A stretch of DNA of 63,761 bases, filler included, from Octopus bimaculoides (lineage: Eukaryota): assembly GCF_001194135.2 (NCBI RefSeq). It is 7 parts of 5 records of this genome, joined end to end, with 100 filler letters (N's around TTAATTAATTAA, not from the genome) between each part and the next. Parts side by side here need not be neighbours in the genome. Positions count along the whole stretch, not along the records: positions 59,302 to 63,761 come from NW_026339698.1; 6 more parts are not named here. One strand, 5' to 3'. The notes beneath the pieces are model-generated. The model was not told where the DNA came from, ran no database searches, and saw only the letters and a list, made by a program, of their open reading frames with translations. This document shows, piece after piece, positions 62,755 through 63,761 of the stretch. The position numbers and the translations under genes were made by a program. Position 1 is the first letter of the stretch; the number at the start of each line of letters is the position of its first letter.

Positions 62755-63761
62755 CATCATCATTATCATTTAACATCTACTTTCCATGCTAGCATGGGTT
62801 GGATGATTTGATCTGGCAGAGTTTCTACAGCTGGATGCCTTTCCTAATGCCAACCACTCCGAGAGTGTAGTGGGTGCTTTTACATGCCACTGGTACGAGG
62901 GCCAGTTGAGTGGTACTGGCAATGGCTGTGCTCAAAATGGTGTTTTTTACGTGCCACCTGTACAGGAGCCAGTCCAGCGGCACTGACAATGACCTCGCTC
63001 GAATGTTTTTTCACGTGCCACTGGCACAAGTGCTGGTAAGGCAATGCTGGTAACGATCATGCTCAAATGGTGCTATTGACATGTCGCTGACACGGAAGCC
63101 AGACAGCAGCTCTGGCAATGATCACGCTTGGACGGTGCTCTTAGCACTCTACTGGCACAGGTGCCAGTCATCAAATTTGGTTCAATCACAATTTTGATTT
63201 CAATTTCACTTGCCCCAACAGGTCTTTGCAAGCCGAGTTTAGTGTCCAATGAAGGAGAGTTTGGGTGCCGGTCGTCAAAGTTGGATCAATTTCATTTGGC
63301 TCAACAGGTCTTTGCAAACAAAGTTTAGTGTCCAATGAAGGAAAGGTACGCATAAGTCGGCTGGCCACACCCCTGGAAGAGGCCTCGGATTATGGTCTCA
63401 CTTGGCTTGCTGGGTCCTCTCACTCACTGCAAACTTCCAAAGGTCTCGGTCACAAGTCATTGCCTTGGTGAGGCCTAATGTTTGAAGGTTGTGCTTCACC
63501 AGCTCATCCCAGGTCTTCCTAGGTCTACCTCTTCCACAGGTTCCCTCAACTGCTAGGCTGTGTGACTTTTTCACACAGCTAGCCTCATCCATTCTCGCCA
63601 CATGACCATACCAGCGCAGTCGTCTCTCTTGCACACCACATCTGATGCTACATAGGTCCAACTTTTCCCTCAAGGTACTTACACTCTGTCGAGTATGCAC
63701 ACTGACATTACATATCCAGGGGAGCATACTGACTTCATTCCTTGCGAGCTTACGCATGTCC
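62755..63761 (-). mobile_element. RTE LINE 3' end: ORF C-terminus (63398-63757) plus about 640-bp 3' UTR with (GAT)n tail; continues beyond window
   Basis: RRLRWYGHVARMDE...VEGTCGRGRPRKTW...QAK*; terminus ...GCATGGAAAGTAGATGTTAAATGATAATGATG. Confidence 0.9.

Overview
Animal genomic DNA from a gappy draft assembly: AT-rich, about 21 N-gaps totalling roughly 6.7 kb, six of them padded with a TTAATTAATTAA linker. The SINE families, microsatellite load and gap style resemble octopod cephalopod (Octopus-type) genomes; this is my recollection, not a database result. I find no supportable host protein-coding exon, rRNA or CRISPR array. The window is a dense, decayed and often nested set of mobile elements. 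Non-LTR retrotransposons: R4/Dong (in TAA arrays), Tx1/L1, RTE, CR1 and HERO/NeSL-like. Also present: Penelope-like elements (PLEs), a Gypsy pol fragment and solo LTR, mariner, Tc1, maT, piggyBac-type and Merlin-type DNA elements, three tRNA-derived SINE families, and a damaged tRNA-Asn gene. The most interesting signals are four. (1) A short tRNA-headed retroposon ends in a PLE-type minimal hammerhead ribozyme, with an intact core at 5915-5960 and an inverted dimer at 17782-18135. (2) A Merlin-type palindromic MITE carries inward-facing TTAGGG repeats inside a Tc1 relic that also holds a solo LTR. (3) One SINE copy shares its 3' end with Tx1 LINEs. (4) Many fold-back inverted repeats could form intronic dsRNA. 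These may already be catalogued as repeats, and novelty cannot be established without searches. Repeat boundaries are approximate (about 10-20 bp) unless TSDs or TIRs are quoted.
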